64,000 nucleotides of DNA from Octopus vulgaris (GCA_951406725.2 OX597822.1:31558001-31622000); one strand, 5' to 3'; numbered from the stretch's first letter, positions 26,293-40,175 are shown. A program made the numbers and translations. The notes: a model not told the origin generated them from the sequence alone.

Positions 26293-28408
26293 TTCTGTAC
26301 GTTACCTAGTCTGTGCTCGTTTGTATTTGTGGCTAGAGTCACGATAAATTTGTATAGATGTTTTTGAAGCACGCATTGGATTCGTGCATTAAAATTATGT
26401 CTATGCTATCTTTAATTCTTCAACTATGCTGTTTGAAAGAGGTTAAACAACAATTCTCTAAGTTATGCAATCAGGACGTTTTGGCATTCTCATCAATCAC
26501 CGTAATATGGCAATTTTAAGATCGTGACTGCAAGCATGGAATTGTAATGCTTCTATTCTGAATGTATGTGTATGCATATACATACATACATACATACATA
26601 CATACATACAAACATACATGCATACATATGTGTATGTGCGTGTGTTTGCGGGCGCGTGCGCGTGTGCGTGTGCGTGTGTATGTTTATATATGCGACAGAT
26701 AGATAAATATATATCAGAAAATTTACGTAGTATTCAATGCTCGGTGAAGGACATGTGTTTTTTTATTTTTTTTTATTTTTGTAATTTCTTTGCTTGGCTT
26801 GCATTCGCCACCGTGGCGTGTGCTTGAAATTATTTAAGTCCCTCTATACGTTCATGACAAAGAATGAATCAGTCATCTAGATATCTTTTTCCAGTTATTT
26901 TCTATGTACAGGATGAATGGGTTTCTGTATTTTTCTCGTACCTTACGATAAAAATTGATTTCTATGTACCTTACGACTAGATTAGATAAGGAATGATGGT
27001 ATTCGCGTGGCTATTGCAGTCCCCGAGTACTGTCGATGGAATTTGTCATTAAATACGAAAACGTTATTCTCCAAGATGAATTTTAGCCTTCCTATTAAAA
27101 ATTCTATTTTGATAGTGTGGAAGTTCATTGGCGTAATTCTCTAGCCAGAATTGGATTGCCTCTATCCCTAGGCTGTTAGGGATATTAGAATATTATGTTG
27201 GCTACATCAAAGTATACTAGCAAGGTGTTTTTATTTATCTATTTCTCCAATTTAATTGTTTTTCTTATTTTACTCTTAGTTTAAAATGTCTAATAGACAG
27301 AAACCGCTACTAAATGTACTTCATGATAAAATTATTGTAGCATATTCTACCCTGTCTCATTTTCCATACACATATCAACTCGTGTCTTACTTTTCTCCTA
27401 TATACATACATATATATGTTTCTATATATTTATATGTGTGTATATGTGTGTGTATACTTATGTACAGATGCACACGCATATATATATATATGTGTGTGTG
27501 TATGTGTGTATGTGCGTGTGTGTGTGTGTGTTTATGCAGACAGGTATAGTCACATACGCACACACATGCTTATAATTATTGCTGAAATCAGAAGAATCCT
27601 TAAACTTGTCGAAATACTGGATGCCAAATATATACAATGCTATAACTAATACCATGTAAATATCAGTTTGATAAGCACTTTGCGATGAAAAAATATCGAA
27701 GGGCACTTTTCTAGTTTTTCTGTCGGTAGGGGTTTTTGAACAATTTTTAAATGCTATTATCAACGGCGTTTTGGAGGCAGTTGGCAACTGTGCCAATTTT
27801 TACAACTTTTGGTACGGTAAATCAGAACAAAAGCGGATATCGCAATTTAAAAATTCGTATAATCATGAAATAATTTTACAGTCCATTTCTTCATTGTACT
27901 GACTCTATTTTAATCGTCAGTTTTGTGTGATATGAAATGCACTACTTCAATACTGATTACAAATATTCATACACAGACATATATTTATATGTGTGGGTTT
28001 GAGTGTAAGCTTTAGACATTTATTTATTTGTGCATCGTTGGCTTTTAGCTGTTTTTGATATGCATTTAAGAAGCGTTCATGGTTCGGTTTGTTAATCGGT
28101 CGGTTCATCGATGGAAAATTGAACGACCTTCACAAATACACTCGTCTGCATGTTATATTTATGTGCGTGCGAGTGCGTGTGTGCGTATGTGTGTGTGCGT
28201 GCGTGTGTGTGTGTGTGTGTGAGTGCGTGCGTGTGTGTTTATTAATGTATATGAAGAATATTGGTAACAGCGACTTCGAAATTTCGAACCCAGTTTCACC
28301 CGGCATCTTTCAAAAGATCATTAATCATGTATTCACAGAAACGCTGATAAGTATTTCATGTACATAATATTCGTTTCGTGCAGTTTCATATAAAACCTAA
28401 CACTGTTT

Positions 28409-28535
<127 letters not shown>

Positions 28536-29606
28536 ACATAATACGTTATTGTTGGTTGCTATTCATATGTCTGCTCGTTATCAAACAGATTCCAGCTCTT
28601 AAAGTCAACACACAATATATTGTTAGGAATAGTCACTGGCAAGCACTAAGCAAAAGGTCAAATCTGCTAAGTATGGACTGTAGTAATTGTGCCTTCTGCC
28701 ATAAAAATTGCTTAATTTTGCTGCTAAGAGGAAAGAGAGATTGACCGGGAGCGATAATGAGAAAGTGAGATAGGGAGGGAGATAGAGCGGGAAGAGGCAG
28801 AGAGTGTAAGAGACAGAGATAGGTGAGAGACAGCAAAGGAGACTCTGATTACTGCAAATAAGAGTTCGACTTATTGTTGTAACGGAAACCGATATACCAG
28901 ATGTATAGTTTCAGATATGACCAACTTCACAATATATATCCCATAGGAGAATTCCTTGGAAAATTTTCGAATTAATACTAAACAATGGTATCAGGAAATT
29001 GTAGGCATGCACGCTTATAAAATTTGGAGACAGTATTGTCCCGGAATATCATGTTCTAATATTCGATTGCAAGATCGCAGGAAATGTTTCCATATGTATA
29101 TCATTGCGATTAAAGAACAATTGTTTGTACTGAAAAGCTATTCGGATTACAATGGGGAGCATGAGTCTAATAGTTAACAAACAACACAAAGTGAACAACA
29201 TAAAAGTAGCTAAAACATGCATTCATTACAGATTGTTTTCTTTGATGCTATTATATTGAAGCATGTATATCCGTATATATAAACAAAAAGATGTTATTAA
29301 TAAATTACTTATGATTGATATTCATGGCAGTAATATATTTCTGAATAAATAAGGCGACTATTTCACGAGGAATGATTCTTACATTTAATGTCCTTAGAAG
29401 CTTACTTATATATTCATTTCTCGGAAATGAATTTCGGTTCAAGGAATAGATCCTCCAACGCTGTGATTCAATTACAAGACTTCAGTGGATTCAATACTGT
29501 AGCAGCATAAATGAGGGAAATATAGGATGTGTGAGAGCTTCTTAATTATTTAAACATTGCATTTCCTCAAAATTTAGGCACATTCTACATTGCTCTCGCT
29601 CTCTCT

Positions 29607-29655
<49 letters not shown>

Positions 29656-29850
29656 GTTAATCCAAACATGAAAGCACAAAAAAACACAAAAACGTGAAGA
29701 CGTGGAACAAATATAGTATTATTGGACGCTCAAGAAAGAAGGCGGGTTTAACGTTTCGAGCGCTCTTCGTCGGAAACATAGGAGAAGGAAAGATCCAGAG
29801 AAGGGAAGACAGAGGAAAAAAAGCGCCAACGGTACACACGCGGTCACATT
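29656..29850 (-). mobile_element. Short Penelope pLTR-like element next to (TA)n with minimal hammerhead-like motif
   Basis: Minus strand GUUU-CCGACGA-AGAGCGCUC-GAAACGU-U-AAAC at 29746-29777; same layout as 16148-16338. Confidence 0.6.
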
Positions 29851-29870
29851 TATGTACAAACGAACATATT

Positions 29871-29936
<66 letters not shown>

Positions 29937-29942
29937 TATATA

Positions 29943-29995
<53 letters not shown>

Positions 29996-29996
29996 G

Positions 29997-30052
<56 letters not shown>

Positions 30053-30430
30053 TATTTCCTTTCCCGCCCACAAGGGGCTAAATATAGAGGGGACAAACAA
30101 GGACAGACAAACGGATTAAGTCGATTATATCGACCCCAGTGCGTAACTGGTACTTTATTTAGCGTCTCCGAAAGGATGTAAGGCAAAGTCGACCTCGGCG
30201 GAATTTGAACTCACAACGTAACAGCAAACGAAGTACCTATTTCTTTACTACCCACAAGGGGCTACACACAGAGGGGACAAACAAGGACAGACAAACGGAT
30301 TAAGTCGATTACATCGACCCCAGTGTGATAGGATGAAAGGCAAAATGCGACCTCGGCGCAATTTGAACTCAGAACGTAACGGCGGACGAAATGCCGCCAA
30401 GCATTTCGCCCGGCGTGCTAACGCCGCCTT
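30053..30430 (-). mobile_element. Dimeric SINE family B
   Basis: Two cccacaaggggct...ggacagacaaacggattaagtcgatt...gacctcggcg...atttgaactc modules. Confidence 0.9.
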
Positions 30431-31681
30431 ATATATCTATATATATATTTATATATAAAATATAAAAACAGACGTATACATAATTATCATTTGTGCTCGT
30501 TCACAGGCATCAATATCTAATACATTACCACCAGATTAACCTGCATGTTTTTAATTTAATCAGTATACTCACATTACATGCTAAGAGGAATGACTAACTT
30601 TCATTCAATGTACCAGCTACAGAGTCTCTCTAACTATATTTTGTTTCTTCAAACGAAAATGCTCAGGTTTCAAACTACATCACATAGAAGCGTTTCTACA
30701 CTAAAGAAATATTGAATGTATGCCTTTAGTCAGGTTTTATAAATCATTTCGTTATCTTTAAAACAACAAAGAGCGGGTGTACAAGCAAAAAGATTTTTCG
30801 TAGCCACTCCATGTGCTAAATATAACCAAAAGACTAATTTCACTCACATTTCCCCCTTAAATTATAAGAGAAACACTGGTTATTTACACTTGCACCATAT
30901 TTCCATCCGAAAGTGTATCTTACTTGCAATCTTTTAGTGATGTATGAGAGTTCTTAAAAGCTTTTGATAAATAAATTTGCAGTAAAGAGGAATGAGTCTA
31001 TCTCGTATCTTTTCCCGCAGTTCCTATTCGTCTGAGAGTCTTTATTCATCAGTGCTAATCAAGTTATCTATTTTCTCTCTCTTAAGAATTAAATTTTAGT
31101 GACATAGAACATCATCAATTTCCTGTGATTACTTAAGATACTTTAAAACGTATAACCCACGTATAGCTCATAAAAGACAGTCTTTGCAAATTTTGTCTTC
31201 TTGAAACGAAATTAGTTGATAGAAATTTCTAATGTAAGATCTCTTAGAACAACCTATCAGACAAAAAGTGGTTTTCCTATTTTCTTGAATATAAGCGAAT
31301 GGACATCAATTGGCATCTTTGATATCGAGGATTACTTTTCGTAACGTAATCTTAAATATTCGTATTCCCCATTCATAAATCTCACAATATCTCATATATT
31401 CTTCATGTGCGTATCCAATGGCTATGAATATAAATTACGTAAATATCGAAATAAAACGCTTTAAGTAAAACCACGAGATTTACTGTGCAAAATCATCGTT
31501 GGCGGTGGTGTAATGTTTAATGTGTTATTTTTAATATTTGTAATACCATGTTTAATAGGACATGCACCTTGGGCCGAAACGATCTTGTTGAATGACTGAT
31601 TGATTTCTGCGCGCGAGCTCATAGATACACACAAGCAGAAAGACACACTCATACAGACCCTCTCCCTCACAAGAACACACT

Positions 31682-31744
<63 letters not shown>

Positions 31745-32034
31745 ACATAGATGAAGTCTATCGCAAAAAAGTAAAAAGTAAGATTAATGTGTGTAAGCTC
31801 AAGCAGAGATAAATGAAAATATATGAAACTTAATTACTACCTGTAATTCATGATATTGAGGTAACGATTTATTCAGGTAATATCATGCTGATATTTATTA
31901 TCACATTCATTCATCCCTAAAATATTAATTTTAGATATTTTACATTTATTAAGCTTCATATTCATCTATTTATCTCATCTTGTGTCTAATGACATTATTC
32001 TTTTTTGATTGTTTTTGTAGTTGTCATTGTTATG

Positions 32035-32305
32035 TTTTATCTTTTATCTTTTACTTGTTTCAGTCATTAGACTGCGTTCATGCTGGAGCAACGTTTTCAA
32101 CATTTTTTTTTTATCGAACGGTTCGACCCCAGTACTAACTTTCGTAAACCTGACACTTCTGCTATCAGCATCGTTTGCTTAACCACTAAGTTACGAGGAC
32201 GTAAATACACCAACACCAGTTGTCAAGCGGTGATGGCGGGGCAAAAACATACACAATTGCACACATTCATGCAAACACACACAACACACACACAAACACA
32301 CACAG

Positions 32306-32341
<36 letters not shown>

Positions 32342-32365
32342 GCGCACATATACACAAGCACACAC

Positions 32366-32431
<66 letters not shown>

Positions 32432-32595
32432 AAGATGGACTTCTTTCAGTTTCTGTCCACCGACTCCATTGACAAAGCTTTGGTCGGCCCTTGGCTATTT
32501 GTAGAATAAAGTTGCCCAAGGCGCCATGCCATGAGACTGAACCCGGAACCATGTGGATAGAATGCAAGCTTCTTACCCCAGAACAACGCCTGCGC
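32035..32595 (-). mobile_element. Diverged SINE family A with expanded internal microsatellite
   Basis: ttttacttgtttcagtcattagactgcg...gactgaacccggaaccatgtgg. Confidence 0.85.
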
Positions 32596-33614
32596 ATTGC
32601 ATATTTATTTTAATCTACTATTTTTTTTATTGTAAAACCATTTTCACTGATAGTTCTTTTTTACATTCAGTGAAAAATGTTGTCATCCATTCGTTAGTCA
32701 AACTGTCGCCTGTCATGTATCATTGGCCTGTATTGGAATCTTCATTTTTTTATATAGTTCTTAACTTACTTAGGTTTCAGCTACAATTGGCCCAGCACTT
32801 TGATAACTTAAAAGCACCACATGAAAAAAATATTTAATATTTCATTTCACTGTCGTACATTGGGTGTCCTAACCCATTCGGGCAAAGACATTTTTTGTAG
32901 ATGTTTATCACAGTCTAGGTGGTATTCATCCAGGAACTCTTTGAATGTTAGGAGACTATACTCTTTTGTTATGTGTCCTGGCATGGGAGAAGAACTATGA
33001 AATGGTAATGTATAATGTATCAGTTGATTGAAACATGTCCTTTAAAGCTATGTTGAAATGTTAAACTGTCCAGATAGAAATGTGCTCGCTGTAGGAAACC
33101 TTTTGTCTTAAACCTAATATTGTAAACTATTTATTATTTATTTCTGATGCATGAGTAAATACAATTCAAAAATATAACAAACTTAATCTCCTGTGCATTT
33201 AAATTTAAAAATTGAACCATCAGAATCTTGAATCATTTTGCGTCTTGCAATGATTATAACTGATGTTATTAAGAATGAATAAATTCATGTTGTTCCTATT
33301 TCATGAACCTAAGTGACAAATCATTTGACTGGGTTTATTTTTATGTCTGATGAAACAATATAATGCTGACTCAGTAAATATCAGACACGTACAGAATATA
33401 TTTATTAACTTGCTTGTATTTTTTTCTGCTTGCAAAACTCTTAGCAACACAATATGAAAGGGCATAATCATATTTGAGCTTTGCTGTAATTTTTCCAGAA
33501 TTTTACAGATAATGAATTTATGGCCAGATTGCTTTTCTCTTTGCATTAACGGTGTGCTTCGAAATATCATTTAAACTATCCATCAGAGAGAATGCCGACT
33601 GTCATTGTCGTTAT

Positions 33615-33843
33615 ACTCTTTTTTTCTCTTTTCTCTTTTACTTGTTTCAGTCATTTGACTACGGCCATGCTGGAGCACAGCCTTTAATCGAGCAACTCGA
33701 CCCCGGGACTTATTCTTTTGTAAGCCCAGTACTTATTATATCGGTCTCTTTTGCCGAACCACTAAGTAACGGGGACGTAAACACACCAGCATCGGTTGTC
33801 AAGCAATGCTAGGAGGACAAATACAGACACACAAACACACACA

Positions 33844-33899
<56 letters not shown>

Positions 33900-34064
33900 T
33901 ACGACGGGCTTCTTTCAGTTTCCGTCTACCAAATCCACTCTCAAGGCCTTGGTCGGCCCGGGGCTATAGTAGAAGACACTTCCCTAAGGTGTCATGCAGT
34001 GAGACTGAACCCGGAACCATGTGGTTGGTAAACAAGCTACTTATCACACAGCCACTCCTGCGCC
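33615..34064 (-). mobile_element. SINE family A, full length
   Basis: High similarity to the 21107 and 36521 copies. Confidence 0.92.
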
Positions 34065-34944
34065 TTTACATGTATCATTTCAGACATTTCGCTCACCTAT
34101 TTAAGAACACGATTCCTATTGTTTTTTTTTACGTTATGAATGAAAATTATTTCCTCAATTTTTCTGCATTTTCTTGAAAGAAGTCTATCGTTTTCTATTT
34201 CTCTTCCACCTCCTTTTTTTAAACATCTTTGTTATTATTTAGTATATCATACTGAGAATTTTGAAGCTATGACTATAATCACTTGGTTGATTTTAAATGG
34301 TGTCCCTTTATGTATTACCAAGCGCATATATAATTCGTTGAGCAATACTTTCCAATTCACCATCACTACCAACGCTTGGGAAATTGCTAATACTAGAAAC
34401 AATATGATCACAGATGCAAGAAAATCTATTTGCAACAATTACAAAAATAAGACTCCACTTTGAAAAAAAACATACTCTAACTTAGAATAAAGTGGTTGAA
34501 AAACGGAATGCAAACATATTTAGAATACATAAAGAAAAAAGAATGCGACAATTAAGTTGAAAGTGTTTTTAATCTGTTGTTATTCTGTCTACCGTAATTC
34601 TCTAGAGTGAATAACTCTTCCCACAATATATGTCAAAGCATTTTTTCAAAGACACATTAAAAGTCACTATTTAAAAAAAAAAACATTCTAAATGTGTTTA
34701 GTGCCATTTAGTTTCTTTCTCAGTTAATTTGGTCTCTCCATGTTTTTTATAAATGTTATATTACATATAAAATGTTGTACAATATAAAACAACATCAACT
34801 TCAAAATATTTTTGTGTTATTTAAATATGGGATAGGCTTTATTAAAATTCTTAAAATAAAATTTTTCAATGTTTATTTTCCTATTGATTCAAGAAGTAAC
34901 AGCTTTTAATTTAATTTTTTACTTTTTCATTCATTTGCATTACA

Positions 34945-35098
34945 GCCGCGCACACGCACATGCACACAGGCGCACACATGCGCACGCACACACACGTACA
35001 CACATATACACATATATATGCATATATGCATATATGTATATATATGTATATATATATATACATATATGCATGTAAATATATATATATATGTTTTAATA

Positions 35099-35166
<68 letters not shown>

Positions 35167-35314
35167 TGAGCGTGAGTGTGTGTATATGCATATGGTAAGG
35201 TACGAAAGTCTCGGATCTTGAGACACTCAGTTGCTTCGGCAAAATATTAAGGACAATATGCATATACACATATTCTGAGTTCTAATTTCCCTGTTTGCAC
35301 AACCATAACTCATG

Positions 35315-35375
<61 letters not shown>
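34945..35375. repeat. (CA/CG)n and (TA)n tracts
   Basis: Visible directly. Confidence 0.9.
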
Positions 35376-35376
<1 letters not shown>

Positions 35377-36520
35377 CATATAAACTGACGTTATTGAATT
35401 GCAAAACTTCGAGCTAATACAATAGAATTAAATATTTTACTTATATGTAAAGGAAATTTCTTTTATTTTAATTTCAATATGTGTAAGCAAAACAATACTA
35501 TAAAATAATAACTATATATTAAAAAGAAAAAAAAAATGAATGTCAATTAATTTTAATTATATGAGAAATTTTCAAAAAGCCAATGATTTATTTCGATATT
35601 TTTTCATCATAATTAATAATGCTTTCCCATATAACTAGATGAAAGAACTGACATAGCACCGTTGTTTTCCATTTTATTCGTATTATTTCTATAACGTATA
35701 GTTTTCTATTACAGGAAAGAAAAAATATCTATTCTGTTATTTAAATATATTATATCGGGATATTAACGATATTTATAGAGGTAAAAACCATAAAAAATAT
35801 TTGATAGAAGGCATAAATACATCGGCTATCATGTAATTCTGCGATTCAGGTATTACATTTCATCTATTTATTTTACTGGTTGCGATCATTGAAATTCAGA
35901 AACATATATTTTCATGAATCGAGACATTTTTTGCTTTACATAAATTATTATCTTTGCTGGAAATAAAATAAGGAAAACTAACACATTCGGATCTGAATTT
36001 ATGGTATCAAAAATCTTTGAATGATATTTGAATTCGGTTCCTATTGTACTTTTATATCACTTTTCTACAACATATCTCTTTCAGATTATAATAGACTGGA
36101 AGGCCAAAAAATTATGTAGAACATTTTAAGTTGACCAAGACTGAATAATTTTTATGTGTGATCTCAGATTATGTAGTATGATTATGTCATAGGAAAAATA
36201 AATAAACTGACACACTGTCTCTGAGATATGACTTCCTCAAGCCTATCAAGACAATGGCCGTGGCCCTGAGGCACTTCAAATGTAATGGTAGGCATGGAGT
36301 AACTTAAATGCAATAACAATATATAGATTTACGTAAATGAAACAAAATGAATGAGGGAGAGAATGTGATGCGTAGAGTGAAGTTCTTAGAATCGTTTTTA
36401 AAATACACAACTAAAAGATTCTTTCCACCGTCCCTTTCTGTTTCATTGTCTCACATCCTCGTATCATCGTCATCGTTACAGTTACGCACATTCCTGAGTG
36501 CGCGCCTGTGCGTGCATATT

Positions 36521-36948
36521 CTTTCTTTTTATTCTTTTACTTGTTTCAGTCATTTTTGACTGCGGCCCTGCTGGAGCACCGCCTTTAATCGAGCAACTCG
36601 ACCCCGGGACTTATTCTTTTGTAAGCCCAGTACTTATTCTATCGATATCTTTTGCCGAACCGCTAAGAAACGAGGGCATAAACACACCAGCATCGGTTGT
36701 CAAGCAATGCTAGGGGACAAACACAGACACATAAACATACACACACACACACACACATGTATATATATATATATATATATATATACGACGGGCTTCTTTC
36801 AGTTTCCGTCTACCGAATCCACTCACAAGGCTTTGGTCGGCCCGAGGCTATAGTAGAAGACACTTGCCCAAGGTGCCACGCAGTGGGACTGAACCCGGAA
36901 CCATGTGGTTGGTTAGTAAGCTACTTACCACACAGCCACTCCTGCGTC
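36521..36948 (-). mobile_element. SINE family A, full length
   Basis: High similarity to the 33615 copy. Confidence 0.92.
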
Positions 36949-37096
36949 TATGTTTTAGCTTTTATATATTTATCTATGTATCATTATATTCAAATATAAA
37001 TACTATCAATATATATATGTCTTTCTTTCCCCCTCTGTTTGATTATCTGTCTGTTTCCCCCCCTCTCTCTCTACATATACATATGTATCTATACAT

Positions 37097-37260
37097 AGGC
37101 GCAGGTATAGATGTGTAGTAAAAAGCTTGCTTTCCAACCACGTGGTTTTGTGTTCACTCTCTTTGTGTGGCAATTTCGGCAAGAGTCTTGTAATATAGCC
37201 ACAGGCCTACCAAAGCCTTGTGAGTTGATTTGCTAGAACGGAACTCGAAGAAACCCGTCG
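37097..37260 (+). mobile_element. SINE family A 5' half (diverged)
   Basis: aggcgcagg...gcttgctttccaaccacgtggtt...ccaaagccttgtgagt...gaagaaacccgtcg ending at (TA)n. Confidence 0.8.
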
Positions 37261-37286
37261 TATATATATATATATAAATATATATA

Positions 37287-37997
37287 GAGGGCATTACTAC
37301 ACATAAATGCCTCACGCTATAAGGGACACTTAAAGTCAAAAGTCAAAACTACTTTAATAAATATACAGGGAATGCAACGAGGGAATGCAACATGGAGGTC
37401 GTCTCTTAACAGATACAGCATCAAATCATATGATTTCATAGTTAGTGTACATAATCTACATATAGCGTGAGGTATTTACACGTAGTAATGCTTTTAATTT
37501 AATAAATGTTTTTATAAGGGAATATATTAATTATATATTTTCTATAAATTTTCCCCTTGACTGGTTTTTCACGCTGATTACTTAATAAATTCTGATAAAG
37601 ATCTTATCATTTTATGTGTTTTTAATTTTAACCGGAATATATTCATTGCTGAATTATTCCGAATATGTACGTGTACCGAGATGCATTTTGAAAAGCCCGC
37701 CTTTTACATGGATGTATGAGTGTAAACATTTCTGTGCTATGACAGGTACATTCGGTGTTCGTCTGGTATGTGAATTTTATTCATTTTTTATGTGTGCTGA
37801 TTAATCCTGCATTAACGATTAAAAAGTGAATTATGTACTCGAACTTTGAAATCGTATGCTTTGCGGCTGAATCTGTTTTTAAGAGACGACTTCCAAGTTT
37901 TCTTCCCTAGCTGTCGGTACACTGTATATTCATTAAGGTAGTTTTTACTTCAAGATTCCCCTTGTAGCGCGAGGCATTTACGTGTAGTAATGCCCTT
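37287..37997. mobile_element. MITE / non-autonomous DNA transposon with ~80-bp TIRs, TA-flanked
   Basis: Left agggcattactacacataaatgcctcacgctataaggg...actactttaataaatatacag matches the reverse complement of the right end, agggcattactacacgtaaatgcctcgcgctacaaggg...actaccttaatgaatatacag. Confidence 0.85.
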
Positions 37998-38110
37998 AAT
38001 ATACTAAATTTATTTAAAATGCAAGAAATTAATTATGTATTTTGTATAAATTTTCCACTTAACTGGTTTTCCCCGCTGAATGCTTGATAAATTCTTAAAT
38101 AGATTTTATA

Positions 38111-38146
<36 letters not shown>

Positions 38147-38148
38147 GT

Positions 38149-38180
<32 letters not shown>

Positions 38181-38195
38181 AACATATATTTATAA

Positions 38196-38246
<51 letters not shown>

Positions 38247-38285
38247 CTGGGGGCGTGCAAATCTGATAAAACTTATATAAAACTG

Positions 38286-38316
<31 letters not shown>

Positions 38317-38837
38317 CACACATTCGGGTGCCATTGGTTTTCATGTTAAGAAGGGTAGTATAATATCCAAGTATCTTAACAATTTTTCAAGCTGTTCACA
38401 TGTTAACTTGGAGAAAGTTGCTCGCCTCCATTCTGAAAAACAATCTCCTTTCGTTCACGGGATTTATCGTGAATTCGCGTAAATGGAACAATGGAAGAAT
38501 GAATCAACTGACGCTACTCTAGAAGGCATTTGTGGAGATTGTATCCCTTGCATTTGTCTTTTCGGAAATTTTCTTAATTTTTTGTATGAATTGTATAATA
38601 ATCTTCTGGGCACAGTGTATTGTATATTGTAGCTTGATTCATCTTAGTGTGGAACTTGTGGCATTTTTTGTTTGTTGTGTGAAGTTTGTATGCTCTGTGT
38701 GTTCACGTATATAGAGAGGCTAGCCTTGTATAGTTGCGCTCGTTTGTAGTTACCCTAGTTTATAGAGGATCTCAAATGTATTTGGGTGTAAAATATTGCT
38801 TGTGTATGTAGGGAGAGAAGGCTTCAGCCCTAATATT

Positions 38838-38883
38838 TAATATATATATATATATACATGCATATATACAGTTAAGACAGACG

Positions 38884-38934
<51 letters not shown>

Positions 38935-38943
38935 TCATATATA

Positions 38944-38982
<39 letters not shown>

Positions 38983-38999
38983 CATACATACATATATTC

Positions 39000-39051
<52 letters not shown>

Positions 39052-39074
39052 ATACATATATTCATATATACAAA

Positions 39075-39111
<37 letters not shown>

Positions 39112-39215
39112 GCATACATACATATATTCATATATGCAACTATATATATATATATATATATATATACATACACATACATACATATATTCATATATAGAAA
39201 TATATATATATATAT
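38838..39215. repeat. (TA)n array with recurring catatattcatatat unit
   Basis: Motif recurs five times at about 60-bp spacing. Confidence 0.85.
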
Positions 39216-39687
39216 GAGTAAGTGTGCATGTTTCTGTATTTCTGTATGCATAATATTTATGGCTAATATCGTACTTATTCGCTTTCTATCTTTAGCGTTT
39301 GAATAATTTTCCTTTTCTTGTTGTTGTATACGTCTGTGATTGTTATGTGTTCGTTTTGTAGTCCTATGAATTATCAATCACGTCAGTTCAGTTGTCACAT
39401 TTCCCGTTATATTTCGTTATTTCCTCGTTGCAAAATAATCTTCCTGTAATTTCTCTTATATTGTATGTATGTGTGTGTTTGTGTATGTATTATATAAACG
39501 AGTAGTATCTATTCCACACTCCCCATCCTCTCATACAAGTGTTGTTCACATTGATATCTTGAATGTACCCCCTTAAGTGCATCACAGAGTGCTTTGAATT
39601 TACATACAAATATCTTTCACGTATATGCTAGCTATAACAATTTCTAAGATTTAAGTCTTATATCTTGTTGATCTTTTTCTCTCGCAG

Positions 39688-39807
39688 ATACGTAGCTGAA
39701 AATCTAAAATACTTTTTAAGAATCTTCCTGTGCATATGACTTCTGTCAAGATTTACATCATATTCTCATTCCTGTAAACAACAGGATATGGAAAAAAGGG
39801 GAAACAG
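39688..39807 (+). other. Possible spliced exon (non-coding/UTR or short first coding exon)
   Basis: Polypyrimidine tract ctttttctctcgcAG, 120 nt, then cag|GTAACT. All three frames are closed; ATG at 39788 stays open to the donor. Confidence 0.25.
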
Positions 39808-39872
39808 GTAACTTAATTTAATTTATTTCTATGATAGAGTAGAATTCCCAAAATGTATTTCAGATTTTCACG

Positions 39873-39914
<42 letters not shown>

Positions 39915-40088
39915 ATGTATATGTGTATATATATATATGTGTGTGTGTATACATACATATACATATATATATACGTTTATATCTATCTATATACATACAT
40001 ATATATGTATATATATATATATATATAAACATATATATACGAATATTAACGTATATATGATTAAGTCTATCTATATGTATATAAGCAC

Positions 40089-40137
<49 letters not shown>

Positions 40138-40175
40138 TACACACACACTCACACACACAAACGCGCACACATATA
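39873..40175. repeat. (TA)n/(TG)n/(CA)n block
   Basis: Visible directly. Confidence 0.95.
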
